Origin: Mayamaea pseudoterrestris
Taxonomy: Eukaryota
NCBI GenBank assembly: GCA_027923505.1
Contig: BROI01000040.1
Span: 1 to 64,000, forward strand
Length of the DNA: 64,000 nt
Direction of reading: 5' to 3'
In this document: piece after piece, positions 12,057-23,087 of the stretch
How the letters are laid out: each line of letters begins with the position of its first letter
Numbering within the stretch: position 1 is the first letter of the stretch
Notes under the pieces: model-generated
What the model saw: only the letters and a program-made list of their open reading frames with translations
Databases searched by the model: none
What the model was told of the DNA's origin: nothing
Made by a program: the position numbers and the translations under genes

Positions 12057-13853
12057 ATGCGCATCCTTGTCAATCATCAGTCAATGGTGAAAAAAGCAAC
12101 CAAAATCTGGATGGCGTTACTTCCACTCGTCGTTTCCTCCATGACCATGATGTCTGCATCGTCTGCATCCTCCACAAACGCTCCAAATCAACTTCATCAA
12201 CACCAACAAAATCTACATACACGCCCCATTGTGTATTCCATTGCCGGTTCCGATTCCGGTGGCGGCGCCGGCATTCAAGCCGACTTGCTCACCATGCATT
12301 CCATGCACTGCCACGGCTGTTCTGCGATTACAAGTCTGACGGCGCAGAGCAGCGTCGGCGTGTCGAGCGTGCACGTATTGCCAGCCTCGTTTTTATCGAA
12401 GCAACTAGACACGCTGCTAACAGATTTACCGCCAGTGGCAATCAAGATTGGCATGCTGGGCAGTACAGAATTGGTGCACGTTGTTGCGGACACATTGAAA
12501 TCACTCAAAGACGTTTTTACTGTACTCGACCCCGTCATGGTGTCCACGTCGGGGCATTCGTTAATGGAGCCCAACGTGCAGCAGGCCATGATTGATGACT
12601 TGTTTCCGCTCGCAGATATAGTCACACCCAACCAGTTGGAGGCGACGGCATTGTGTGGGGTGAAACTGTCGTCGTTTGATAATGTGGAACAAGCGGCGCG
12701 CGACATTATTAAAATGGGCGCCAGGAGCGTCCTGATCAAGGGTGGACATGCGGAGGACGACGAGCAGTACGCGCACGACTACTTTTTGGCGTCGTTTGCG
12801 GAGGAATCTTTGGAGGATTCTTCTGAGAAACGCGAGCCACGTTTATGCGACGCGCATAACGGCGTCTGGCTGCGATCACCTCGCTACAAGACTGACAATA
12901 CGCACGGAACTGGCTGCACACTATCGTCCGCCATGGCATCCGCGTATGCACTGGGCGAGCGTGAACGACGAATACAGTCGGTGGAACACCGCCGCGGCGC
13001 GTATAGCAGCATCGACATTGTCGACGCTTGCCTCCTCGCCAAGGCGTACGTTACGGCTGGCATTTTGGCAAGCACGCAACTTGGAAGGGGACCGGGACCC
13101 GTGGCGCACACCAACTTTCCAAACACCCATCAACACTATCCCACCATTGTGCAACATCCATCAGCAGGTGAGTCTCCGCCGTTTCGCAGAATGGTGGCGC
13201 ACAACGCTGATACGAACACAAACAATGATGTGCCACGCCTCGGACGCATACTTCCGATTGTCGACAGCATTGACTGGGTCGAGCGACTGTGCACCATGGG
13301 CGGCGTTACCGACATGCAGCTGCGCATCAAGCATGAAACGTCACATGAAGCAATCTTGAGGACTGTCAAGCAAGCCCAGGAGCTGTGTCAGGCTGCAAAT
13401 GTGCGTTTGTGGATCAATGACCACTGGCAGGCTGCCTTGGAGGCCAAGTGCTACGGCGTTCACTTTGGACAGGAGGATTTGTACAAATGCATGAAAAGTG
13501 GTGGACTAAATGAATTGCGCCAACACAATCTGGCGCTCGGAATATCGACGCATTCCTTTGGCGAGCTGGCCGTGGCGCTGGGCGTAAGGCCGTCGTACGT
13601 TTCGCTCGGACCAATCTTTTGCACCACCAGCAAGCACGTTCAGTTTGATCCGCAGGGACTCGACGTTTTGAAGACGTGGCGCAACTTGATACCGCCGGAT
13701 ATACCACTCGTGGCGATTGGTGGCATCAACGACGCGGAGATTGCGGCGCAAGTCAGACACGCTGGTGCCGATTGCGTCGCCGTGATTGGCGCCATCACGC
13801 AGGCAAATGATGCGGCAGTTGCTGTGGCTGCGTTGAACAAAGCCATGGTATAG
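12057..13853 (+). CDS. TH1: Bifunctional HMP/HMP-P kinase (ThiD) - thiamine-phosphate synthase (ThiE); start ATG could be 12057, 12084 or 12111
   Basis: ThiD motifs IAGSDSGGGAGIQAD, IKIGML, VLDPVM, TPN..EA, IKGGH and NTHGTGCTLSSA, followed by ThiE motifs QLRIK, INDHW, GVHFGQED, GISTH, GPIF.TTSK and VAIGGI. No intron seen. Confidence 0.95.
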   Translation: MRILVNHQSMVKKATKIWMALLPLVVSSMTMMSASSASSTNAPNQLHQHQQNLHTRPIVYSIAGSDSGGGAGIQADLLTMHSMHCHGCSAITSLTAQSSVGVSSVHVLPASFLSKQLDTLLTDLPPVAIKIGMLGSTELVHVVADTLKSLKDVFTVLDPVMVSTSGHSLMEPNVQQAMIDDLFPLADIVTPNQLEATALCGVKLSSFDNVEQAARDIIKMGARSVLIKGGHAEDDEQYAHDYFLASFAEESLEDSSEKREPRLCDAHNGVWLRSPRYKTDNTHGTGCTLSSAMASAYALGERERRIQSVEHRRGAYSSIDIVDACLLAKAYVTAGILASTQLGRGPGPVAHTNFPNTHQHYPTIVQHPSAGESPPFRRMVAHNADTNTNNDVPRLGRILPIVDSIDWVERLCTMGGVTDMQLRIKHETSHEAILRTVKQAQELCQAANVRLWINDHWQAALEAKCYGVHFGQEDLYKCMKSGGLNELRQHNLALGISTHSFGELAVALGVRPSYVSLGPIFCTTSKHVQFDPQGLDVLKTWRNLIPPDIPLVAIGGINDAEIAAQVRHAGADCVAVIGAITQANDAAVAVAALNKAMV

Positions 13854-14348
13854 CATGCGGTGCGGTAGATGTACAAATCACTGGAGTGTTGTAGAGCTGT
13901 GAGCATGCGGTAGGCTTTGACGCTAGTGAGTGAGTTCATAGCAAACCTGGTGGAACCTTGCGACAATAAAGCCGCATAGGCTGCAGCGTAGATTGTGAAC
14001 AACGTAAATTATTGAGTTATCATTATTATTATTCTCTGTCTCACTACGAAACTACCGTAGGAGTGTTTTGAAAGTACTACTGTTGTGAGCGATAAATAGA
14101 CGCATGCGTGACGTCACAAAGTGTGACTGACTGTGACACTGTGACACCTTCACACTCACGCATCCATCAATCCTTCACTCGCACGTCGGTTGTCCTTGTC
14201 TCGTCACAAATTGAAAGGACGAGCCAAGCAAGCGTTGCAGTATACTTTATACAATACGTACTCTCGGTACTAGTAATTGCGTTGAAGCTCATTAACAGCA
14301 GCAGCAGAGTCTCTTTCGCTGACGACGACAAGTTTCATTTCATACGCA

Positions 14349-15821
14349 ATGGCAGTTCATGGTCGTTGTCATTTGCGTCCAGCACTCTTCACCATGACGA
14401 ACATGACGTTTCTCACTTGCAGTCTCCTACTGATACTTCCATGTTGCACCGCCATGTCCGTCTTTGACGCGCCCCGTTTCCTGCCGCTGCGCCTTTCGTC
14501 CGTGTCTCTGCCGGGCCCGTACGGGGTGGGAGTTGCCGACTTGTTTCTGCCCATTCATGATAATGATAGTGATACTAAGAGCAGCAGCAGTAATCTTGAG
14601 AATAATTTTGTATTGGACACGAGCGACCTTCCAAATCGCGTCTCGATTCGCCTCCTATATCCCACCACCGACGTGCCCCATGGCAACAAAATGCCCTACT
14701 TGCATCCCCTCCTGGCCAAGGAGTATTTGCGCGAGTCCATGCGCATTAGCGCGCCAAACAAGTGGCTCAAGCGTTGTCGCTGGATCCTCTACTACTTGAA
14801 ACTGATCAAGACGCCGCTGCAAGAACAAGCGAAGCTACTGCGTCATGACAATGACAATACTGCTGCAAGTCAATCAAGTCAATTACTACCCATTGTTTTC
14901 TTTTCGCACGGACTCAGCGTCAGCAGCGCCACGTACACGTACCAAACGGCCAGCTTGGCGTCGCAGGGATTTCTAGTGGTGGTGTTGAATCATGCTGATG
15001 GCAGTGCTCCGGCCATGCTAAAAGATGGGATTAGTAGTGAAGACAGGAATGGCAACAAGAATACACATGACAAACCGCAGTTGCTGTTATACGACCAAGA
15101 GATTGCCAAGCTGCTGCAGACCGATTTTGGTGCGTTCATCCAGCGGCGCCGCGAACAGGCCAGCTACCGGACGCGCGAATTCCTGGCGGCGGTGCATGCG
15201 TTTATGCAACTGAATGAAACGGAGAGTGCAAATGATAATGATACATGTGAAGCGAATGAAGGTGACTCCACCTTGACTAACATGCGCCGCATGCTGCGCC
15301 ACCGCCTCGACGCTGAACGAGTGACATTCATGGGGCACTCGTTTGGCGGTGCCACGGCGTTAATGGCCGCGTCCCTGCAGCCGCACTTGGCGCAACGTGT
15401 CGTTGGTCACGATGCGGGTGTCGAATTAATGACGGACGATCTTAGTCAAGCGCTGCTGGCGGGGCGTCAAAGCGACAACAACAGTGGTAGTGGTAGTAGC
15501 AACGACAAGCCAAAAACTCGTCAAAGCATTCACGATTTGGACATTTTGCTGCTATACTCCAAGGAATGGCAGGACAAGAACTATGGACAATCTCAAAAAC
15601 TGTTGGAGCTATACCAGCAAAATAAACTTGGCCGCACCAACGGCACATCTCACGTTGCCGTTGTTGCGGATTCGCACCACATGGAGTTTTCCGACGTGGC
15701 CATGTTAACGCCAAAGTGGTTGTGTCAAGCGACGGGTCGCTTCGTGGGCAAGCGAAACGCGGTGGAAGCGGCCATGGAGATTGATCGTACGACGACAACG
15801 TGGCTGCAGCAGCAGCAATGA
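14349..15821 (+). CDS. PAF-acetylhydrolase-like alpha/beta hydrolase
   Basis: GPYGVG, RLLYP, PIVFFSHGL, LASQGFLVV..NHADGS, nucleophile elbow GHSFGGAT and HMEFSD (catalytic His). A possible signal peptide lies near the N-terminus. Confidence 0.85.
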   Translation: MAVHGRCHLRPALFTMTNMTFLTCSLLLILPCCTAMSVFDAPRFLPLRLSSVSLPGPYGVGVADLFLPIHDNDSDTKSSSSNLENNFVLDTSDLPNRVSIRLLYPTTDVPHGNKMPYLHPLLAKEYLRESMRISAPNKWLKRCRWILYYLKLIKTPLQEQAKLLRHDNDNTAASQSSQLLPIVFFSHGLSVSSATYTYQTASLASQGFLVVVLNHADGSAPAMLKDGISSEDRNGNKNTHDKPQLLLYDQEIAKLLQTDFGAFIQRRREQASYRTREFLAAVHAFMQLNETESANDNDTCEANEGDSTLTNMRRMLRHRLDAERVTFMGHSFGGATALMAASLQPHLAQRVVGHDAGVELMTDDLSQALLAGRQSDNNSGSGSSNDKPKTRQSIHDLDILLLYSKEWQDKNYGQSQKLLELYQQNKLGRTNGTSHVAVVADSHHMEFSDVAMLTPKWLCQATGRFVGKRNAVEAAMEIDRTTTTWLQQQQ

Positions 15822-16049
15822 TGATTGCAGCAATAGTAATAGTAGTTGTTAAGAGGGTATATATTTGTATTGTATCTAAAATAGAAGGTTTTAATTTTGG
15901 CAAAGCGTACAGTATATAACCATTTGTATACTTAGCTTGACTTTGACGGGACAACCATCAAGCTGCCATTGCTGATAAATATGCGAGTGTGATAGCTGCC
16001 ATGTCGCACATGTACCGGTACGATACAATGGCGCGGCAAAAACGAACCG

Positions 16050-17024
16050 ATGATTTCGATCCATCACACAACAACCATGGTCACCATTTCCAAAGCAGCA
16101 GCAGCCAGTGAATCGCCATGCTCTCGTCTACGACGCCTACTCGTCATGGTGGCAACCGTGTCAATGTTGTTTGTTTTGATCATTTTATTCCCCGAGTATT
16201 TTGCCGATGAAAATGAAGCATCGACGGCAACGCTCATTCGACAGCAAAATCAACAGTTACCACTCAATACTACAACTACTAGCGAAGACATCATGGAATC
16301 GAACAACAAGCAAATAGATGAAGTTTCAGTCTCATCATGGCCTTCGTCTCGCTACACTTGCCCCTACATGAAACTCTCCGACCTTGTCGCATCGGAACAA
16401 TTTCCGCAAGCCTCGTCGACGCGCCACATTGTCCATCCACCAGTCGACACGCGCATCAGTTTGGTGTGCTGCGAAACGACGGCCGGACCATGGAGCATAC
16501 TGGTGCATGACTCCTGGGCGCCACGCGGAGCGTCACGATTTTTGAAAATGGTGCGCGCGAGTCACTTTTCCGCGCCAAAGGTGCCACTCATGCGGTGCGT
16601 CTCCAATTTCCTCTGTCAGTTTGGTTTAAACGGCGCTTCCGGTAGGCGCTTTGAAACGACAATTCCAGACGATGTGCAGTGGCTACCGGCTGGACCAAGC
16701 CACCGCGTCAATTCCGCCGGGGTCAAGCGCTACATGCGCGGCTATCTTTCGTACGCTGGCGGTGGCAATCACTCTCGATCGAACCAATTGTTCGTGGCAT
16801 TGGCAGACAATGGCATGCTCGGCGGCGGCAGTCCCTGGGAGGTGCCGTGGGGCGAGCTGGTGGGAACGCATTCCTTTGATACACTCGACGAGTTATACAC
16901 GGGGTACGGCGAACATGGGCCAAGGCAAGGAATGCTGCACGGCGACAACGCCATTCGTACAACGGAAGTGGAGTTTCCAAAGATTAGCTGGATACTTGGT
17001 TGCAAAGTAGTGGATGAAGGGTAA
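16050..17024 (+). CDS. Cyclophilin-like PPIase-domain protein with an N-terminal membrane anchor (paralog B)
   Basis: Aligns throughout with 2907..3869 (TCPY, LVCC.TTAGPW, WAP.GASRFL.MV, VPLMRCVSN..CQFGL.G, IPDD.QWL, EVPW.EL.G.HSF.TL...YTGYGE.GP). Confidence 0.8.
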   Translation: MISIHHTTTMVTISKAAAASESPCSRLRRLLVMVATVSMLFVLIILFPEYFADENEASTATLIRQQNQQLPLNTTTTSEDIMESNNKQIDEVSVSSWPSSRYTCPYMKLSDLVASEQFPQASSTRHIVHPPVDTRISLVCCETTAGPWSILVHDSWAPRGASRFLKMVRASHFSAPKVPLMRCVSNFLCQFGLNGASGRRFETTIPDDVQWLPAGPSHRVNSAGVKRYMRGYLSYAGGGNHSRSNQLFVALADNGMLGGGSPWEVPWGELVGTHSFDTLDELYTGYGEHGPRQGMLHGDNAIRTTEVEFPKISWILGCKVVDEG

Positions 17025-18988
17025 CAAGGTGTATTGGCTCGTTTGCGAACATAAAATCTTCTTGACAGGGGCATGGTAAAGGTAGCGTTTGTTGTATAGA
17101 GTAGTTTTGTCTCGACGCATGAAATGTATATAAAGTGTTTACTTGTTTGTACTGCCGGTAGTTTAAATAAGGTTCGCCGACTCTTGTTCATTGGTATGAC
17201 GACTACATGCTTCTCCTAGTTGTGCGCCTGCATTCCCAAGACCCGCCTGAGTAAGACCGTCAATTGCCATTCCAGCTACCTTTCATCAGTTTCCTTCTGG
17301 TCGAGCGCATCCTCGGCAGGTGATTGGTCAGGTGATTGGTTACCCGACGCAGACACTTCGTCGGCGAATGCAACGGTCAGTAAGTCATCTTGCGCCAGTT
17401 TCTTTCGTGTAAGAGCAGATGCGCCGTCGGCTCCTGGTTCAAGTGTCCATTGCTCGCCGCGTCGTCTTGCCCATTTGAGTCAGCACTTCATATGTTCAAC
17501 AATGGATCGACGCATCACCTGCTCCTGGCCCGTTCTTAAGTCGTGCCGTGGCGCCTGCGTCGGTTCGGGTTCCACTGGCATGCCGAGAGGGCATGACGTG
17601 TCCATGATAGCCACGCGACGACTCTGCATTTCAAAATTTGCTTTCCTCCTGATAATATTCCAGCAACAAGGTAGTCGGTGCATCGGTTGTTCGTTACTTG
17701 ATCCAGCACATCTGTCCGCGTCTGGTCAAGTATGCCTCCGAGATCTCACGCACATGCTGCACCTGCTGCATGCATGACATTTAACAGCAATGCAATTGTC
17801 GCTTGGTGACTGTAACGAAACACTCGCGCGCCACCTGTCCGTGGATTGCCGCCGCGTCTTGAAACCGACTGCACCGGCTCGTGAATGGTAGACAGTCGCG
17901 AGAAAAGGTGGCTGCAGCAAGTGTCCATGTGATCCATTGACTGCAGCTTGATTTGCCGTCGGGAAAAACGAGTGATAATATTCCGGAATAAGGCTCGTCG
18001 AATGGCGGTTTGCACCGCTGCATCTGCTGTGCTCACGCTGAAGTAAGCATGGCCAAGGCTTGAGCTGCTGGACGAGCCATGCGGCAAATCCGAGTCAATG
18101 CAAATGGGCAAGTTGAGAAGGACTTGGAGCTATTAGCGAGGACAAGACAAGACGACTGACAATTTAAAAAGTTGCAGACCAAGACGACTCGTTGCTCGTG
18201 TGCCTGAAGCAGCTCCAAAATAGCAGATGGTACTATTAGTTTTCCAATTCACTGCAAACATCAACATGATAACACACAGGTGCATTGCTCTCTCACGCCT
18301 TTCAACAAATCCAAGCTTTTTCCTGCCCACGCGCATCAGACTTTGCAGCCAGCATTTGTGAATCACGAATTGGCGACAGCCTTCATCAATCCCTGTGAGC
18401 CACACCACGAGAATACAAGACAATCCATATACAGGGTTACCCATAAATATATACTATCTTGCATTCCGTGGGCTGATTCCCAGAGACTTTGGCTTCTTTC
18501 GCACAAATCACTGCCCCGGCTGCGCAACTGTCATCATGTGCGCATCGCATCCGACAACGAATCACTCACGATCAAATAATGCTTCACATGTTCACATGCG
18601 CACTTACTGACTGGCATCAACACGAACCGATTACTATGGCGCAAAGATTGTTTGAAAGAAAAAACATCCGTCGATGGAGCGATGGATTTGGTGCGTTGGT
18701 TGCGACATCCAGCGGCAATGAAAATTTGATGAGTCATTTTGAGGCATAATGAGTCATTTTGACGTTCTGCAAGTCATGCACGACTCATTCGCGATTCCAC
18801 ATTCCATCTTCGTTCGAATTCCTTCCGACGCGCGCCACCATGGGGATTCCCATGCCGCGCTTCGCAACACGTCGTCTTTCTTAGAAACGGCAACGAACGA
18901 AGCAACCTTGGAGAGTGGTCAGAGTCTGTGCATTGCATGCGTTTGACTGCTTTCGTGTTGCTAACAAACCAAAATTATCAGCATAAGC

Positions 18989-19879
18989 ATGATGCTTGCC
19001 GCTCAATCTCGCGTCGTCTTGTCGCGGCAGAAACCGCTGCTTCCAAAATCCGTCGCTCCAGCGACGCGCAGTAGTCCAAATCGCCGAAGCTTCTCATCAT
19101 CCAGTAGTAACAATAACAATTTCTACTCGAGCTACTACGACTCCTTTACGTCATGGTACGCTGGCATGCTGCACGAGCAACCAATCTTGACAAAGGCTGT
19201 GACGAGTGGCATTATCGCCGGCGCGGGCGACTGGATCTGTCAGTACTCGGTTCATCGACGTCACATCAAACAAAGCAAGCAGCCGCGTACATTGGAGAGT
19301 GGCTGGCAAAAGACAAAGGAAGTGGCGCAGGACACCAAGGACGTTGCCAATGAACTCATGCGCGGCAACAAGCCGGAAACGGGGTGGTGGGACGCGGCCC
19401 GGACGGGTCGCTTCGTCTTCTTGGGATCCGTGTTCGTCGGACCCGTCATTCACTACTGGTACGGTTTCCTGGCGACGCAGTTTCCGTCGACGGCACTCAA
19501 GAGTGTGGCGCAGCGCGTGGCGGTGGATCAGTTCCTCTTTGCGCCAGTGTACTTGCCCGTCTGGTTGACGGCGCTGTGGACGTTGGAAGGTGATAATGGC
19601 AACAATGTGAATAATGCGCTGCATGGCAAGGATCCACGCGATGTCAACAGCAAACTGGGCGATCGCTTGTTGGCCGTGACTCCCAACTTGCTGCTGGCGA
19701 ATTGGCTCTACTGGATTCCGGCGCAGTTTTGCAACTTCACCTACATGCCACTGCCCTACCAAGTCTTGTTTTCGAATGTGGCCGCCTTGCTTTGGACCGC
19801 TTACTTGAGCTTTTCGGCGAATGATGATGTTTTGAAGACAAAGAGGGACCAGGAGTTGGTCGAGCTGCCAGTGGTGTAA
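18989..19879 (+). CDS. Mpv17/PMP22 family membrane protein with an N-terminal mitochondrial-type presequence
   Basis: WY...L...PILTKAVTSG..AG.GD..CQ, D..RT.RF, GPV.HYWY..L, DQFLFAP and NW.YWIPAQF.NF...P...QVLF.N.....W..YLS. The N-terminus is rich in R and S. Confidence 0.9.
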   Translation: MMLAAQSRVVLSRQKPLLPKSVAPATRSSPNRRSFSSSSSNNNNFYSSYYDSFTSWYAGMLHEQPILTKAVTSGIIAGAGDWICQYSVHRRHIKQSKQPRTLESGWQKTKEVAQDTKDVANELMRGNKPETGWWDAARTGRFVFLGSVFVGPVIHYWYGFLATQFPSTALKSVAQRVAVDQFLFAPVYLPVWLTALWTLEGDNGNNVNNALHGKDPRDVNSKLGDRLLAVTPNLLLANWLYWIPAQFCNFTYMPLPYQVLFSNVAALLWTAYLSFSANDDVLKTKRDQELVELPVV

Positions 19880-20537
19880 GGCTGGGAATATGATGGGATG
19901 GAGACGAGATGCGAAATTGGGAGTGATGAAATCACGGATGCGACGAGAGTAGTACATGAGATTGAGTAGTTACATGATGCATGTTAGTGTTAATTAAAAT
20001 ACATATTGCATAGTATTAGTTGATAGGTAGCTGATGATCTACCTCGACCTAGCATTCAGTGCCAACCATTTGCATGTGCCTGCGAGCCCTAGAGTATCAC
20101 TTTTTGTTGAATCGGCGTATCGTTATCGTTGAACCCCGTATCATTATTGTTGAATCCTAGTGTGTGCAGAGATTAAAGGAATTCCAAACAGATTCCCACG
20201 TGCCGAATTGGCCAATTTTGGGCGCCGCGTTGATACGCCATGGTCGCGCTTGCAAACTTGCGTGAGAAACAATAACGCGTTTATAACCGTCGCACGAAGT
20301 TTCGTTAGTATCTGGTAGAGTGTACTCGTACAACAATCGCCATACTGCTTGAACGCTTCCGCATGCCGCATGACGTCAGGCAACCACGGCGAGCGTTTCC
20401 AAGATTGGCTGGCTTCCGTTCCGGGACGCCGTCTCCGCGCGCAAGGCGCGACGATAATAGGCTCACAAAAAGTCGTTTCATCAACATAAAAAAGTTGCAT
20501 CAAGACAATATCCAACTCAAAATAAACACCATTTACC

Positions 20538-21512
20538 ATGATTGAATCACTCGCGCTTCACCTTGGCTTTCCGGTTTCCGTGGATTTGCCGCACCCGTCG
20601 TCGCCGTCGAGCGTTCGCAGTCGTCGCAGTCGAAACAACAAGGACAAGAGTAGCAAGAGCAGCAAGTGCAGCAGCAGCAACAAGTCGACGCAGTCCTCGT
20701 CAACGACTTCATCCTATCATGCATTCACCAAGTCATCAGCGACTCCAAACTCTACTTCATCCAATTCTTCCTGTCACGCACTGGACTGGATGGATCACTG
20801 GACGCAGGCTAGCGATTGGTTTTCATGTGGCGGCAACAAGTACTATGCGAGCGAGGCTGATTCCGGAAGCATGTACGAGGAATGCAACTCCATCATGGTG
20901 CCGACAGCAATGAAGAATAAAAAGATTAGTAGCCGCAAGACGCAAAAGGCTTGCCGACAAGACAATCAGCAGCAACTGCGCTACCCGAGTTTGCACAAGG
21001 CGCATGTTGTCAAAAGCAGCAGCAGCCATCATGCAAACGCAACTACCAGCACCAGCAATCCAAAGAACTTCATCTTTTCCATGTTTAGCAGGGACGAACA
21101 CTCAACTAGCAGCAGCAGCGACGACCTTGACGTTTGCACCACGGCCACGACGGCGTCCATGCATTCCATCATGTCGTGGAACACGGTCCCCACGGCTGAT
21201 TCCACGAGCTTTCTCGAGGGAGTCTACTACCTAAATAGCAATGAAAGCAATGAAGTCGAAAGCAACGAGCAAAACTACTGGACCAAGTTTGTCAGTGAGC
21301 AGCAGCAGTATCGAGTTGGCGTTACTAAGAATAGACGAGTCTCGACGCCACAGGCAGCAACAACTACATCTACTACTGTTTCCTATTTACGACATACGCC
21401 ATCGATGCGCCGCTGCACCTCTGACCCAATGCAGGCCGCGCTGGACAATGCGCAGAGTGTGCAATATGATGTGTTCCCCGACTTGATGCCGGCGCAGCCG
21501 ATTGAGCAGTAA
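20538..21512 (+). CDS. Hypothetical Ser/Thr-rich low-complexity protein
   Basis: 324-aa ATG ORF followed by an AT-rich 3' region; no recognisable domain. Confidence 0.55.
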   Translation: MIESLALHLGFPVSVDLPHPSSPSSVRSRRSRNNKDKSSKSSKCSSSNKSTQSSSTTSSYHAFTKSSATPNSTSSNSSCHALDWMDHWTQASDWFSCGGNKYYASEADSGSMYEECNSIMVPTAMKNKKISSRKTQKACRQDNQQQLRYPSLHKAHVVKSSSSHHANATTSTSNPKNFIFSMFSRDEHSTSSSSDDLDVCTTATTASMHSIMSWNTVPTADSTSFLEGVYYLNSNESNEVESNEQNYWTKFVSEQQQYRVGVTKNRRVSTPQAATTTSTTVSYLRHTPSMRRCTSDPMQAALDNAQSVQYDVFPDLMPAQPIEQ

Positions 21513-21689
21513 TGACGAGGCGCTTTCTGAAAATGCTGCCTCGAAAACAAACTGTAAAAAATTTTACACTACAAAGATTAATATACAGTTGCAAATAAAC
21601 TTTTTTATTCATAGTCATGCATTAACCTACCGTAACACTATTACTCGTCGTTCATGACAAACACGTTTCATCCATTCATTCATCATTTA

Positions 21690-23087
21690 TCACTTTCGCT
21701 CCTCCACGAGACACGCCGCATGGTCCCAGCCCGCACTCACTTGCGTTACTCTCAAATGCTGCAAGGCTTCCACGAGTGCCGCTTGATTCGCCTGCTTGAC
21801 ACTTCCTTGCGCCAAGCATCCATTCTTACCCTTGCCAAAACTATACATGTATCCATCTTTATCGACTGCCAGCGTATAGTCATTCCCACACGACACTTTT
21901 ACAATCTGCGTATGCAGCAACTCGTTGACACGCACCGGCTCTAGATACAGTTGCATGCCCCACACAAACAACTCTCCTCCTTCCGTAATGCACGCGGCGT
22001 GGTTTTGACCCGCGCTCACTTGAATTACCTTGCGTCCGACCAATTCGTCCGCTTCAATCGGTTCCGGAACACTCTGCATGGCGTACATGTCCACCGCCAA
22101 GCCCAAGCCCGTGCCGAGCTGGCCCTTGTGGTTGCGGCCCCAGCCATATAGCACGCCGTCTCTGGTGAGTGCCAGTGTAAACGACTTGCCGCAGGCAATG
22201 GAAGTTATGTTGGAATTAACCGTCAGTAGTTCCACTGGTTCTAGATACAGTTGATCCGTCGTTTCAAAGTTGCCGAGTCGACCGTACGAACCCGCGCCGC
22301 AGCTCAGCACTTCACCTTCCGTGGTAAGTACCGTCAAATGCGACTCGCCCACGACGGCTTGCTTGGCATACACGCCATCCTCCATCAAGCTAGTCACCAA
22401 CTGAAACTCTTGATAGCTTTGAGCCGACCCCAAGCCGAGCTGGCCCATGCCGCGCAGGACGCTGCCGCCGAAGCCGCTGGTATACAGGTTGCCATGCGAG
22501 TCAATGAGGGCGGATGAATTGGCGCCGAGCGAAACGTTTGAGATTTTTAGTGGCGGCGCGTTGTTTGTATCACTACCTGTATCATTTTTATTTTGTATCA
22601 CCAATTCCTGCGGCTGCTCGACCGCACGCTTGTGACCCAGTCCCAGTTGACCATTCTTGTTGAGTCCCATGACGAAGCAGCGACCGCTGGTTGTGATCCA
22701 GGCCGTATCAGTGGCGCCGCAAACCAACTTGGCAATAGAATCAACGTGATCAATGTCATTACTACTATTTTCCATTGTCGTCATATTAAACGCTTGACTA
22801 TAGTCAACGTTGACTGGAACGTTGACGACTTCGTTACTGCCGCGTGACGTTTTGGGCAGCAACGACGACTTGCCCCACACAAAGAGGGGCGACAAGAGCG
22901 GCTGCTCGACGTCGTCCTCAAGTAACGGATTCTTCAAGTTATTCGTCGTTGTCGTTGCGGTTGACAGATACTTGCTTCCGCGTATATAATACCATGATGT
23001 TGCATTCACTGCTCGATTCTGCAAGGACGATTTGTAGCATGATCTGCGCAAGACAGCAGTGGTGCTGGTTCGAAGCGAAAGGAACAT
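21690..23087 (-). CDS. RCC1-repeat beta-propeller protein, probably mitochondrial (RCC1L/WBSCR16-like)
   Basis: Repeated RCC1 units (MGLNKNGQLGLG, CGAGSYGRLG, WGRNHKGQLG, VSAGQNHAAC, VSCGNDYTLA, VSAGWDHAAC). The N-terminus is Arg/Ser/Thr-rich and presequence-like. Confidence 0.85.
   Translation of the reverse strand: MFLSLRTSTTAVLRRSCYKSSLQNRAVNATSWYYIRGSKYLSTATTTTNNLKNPLLEDDVEQPLLSPLFVWGKSSLLPKTSRGSNEVVNVPVNVDYSQAFNMTTMENSSNDIDHVDSIAKLVCGATDTAWITTSGRCFVMGLNKNGQLGLGHKRAVEQPQELVIQNKNDTGSDTNNAPPLKISNVSLGANSSALIDSHGNLYTSGFGGSVLRGMGQLGLGSAQSYQEFQLVTSLMEDGVYAKQAVVGESHLTVLTTEGEVLSCGAGSYGRLGNFETTDQLYLEPVELLTVNSNITSIACGKSFTLALTRDGVLYGWGRNHKGQLGTGLGLAVDMYAMQSVPEPIEADELVGRKVIQVSAGQNHAACITEGGELFVWGMQLYLEPVRVNELLHTQIVKVSCGNDYTLAVDKDGYMYSFGKGKNGCLAQGSVKQANQAALVEALQHLRVTQVSAGWDHAACLVEERK

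Noticed and set aside
17030..17683. Possible selenoprotein (in-frame Cys-TGA at 17482-17480)
   Set aside because: No convincing SECIS stem with GA/GA pairs downstream and no redox-fold context; a pseudogene or chance is more likely.
19151..19957. 268-aa minus-strand ORF
   Set aside because: Antisense shadow of the Mpv17/PMP22 gene.
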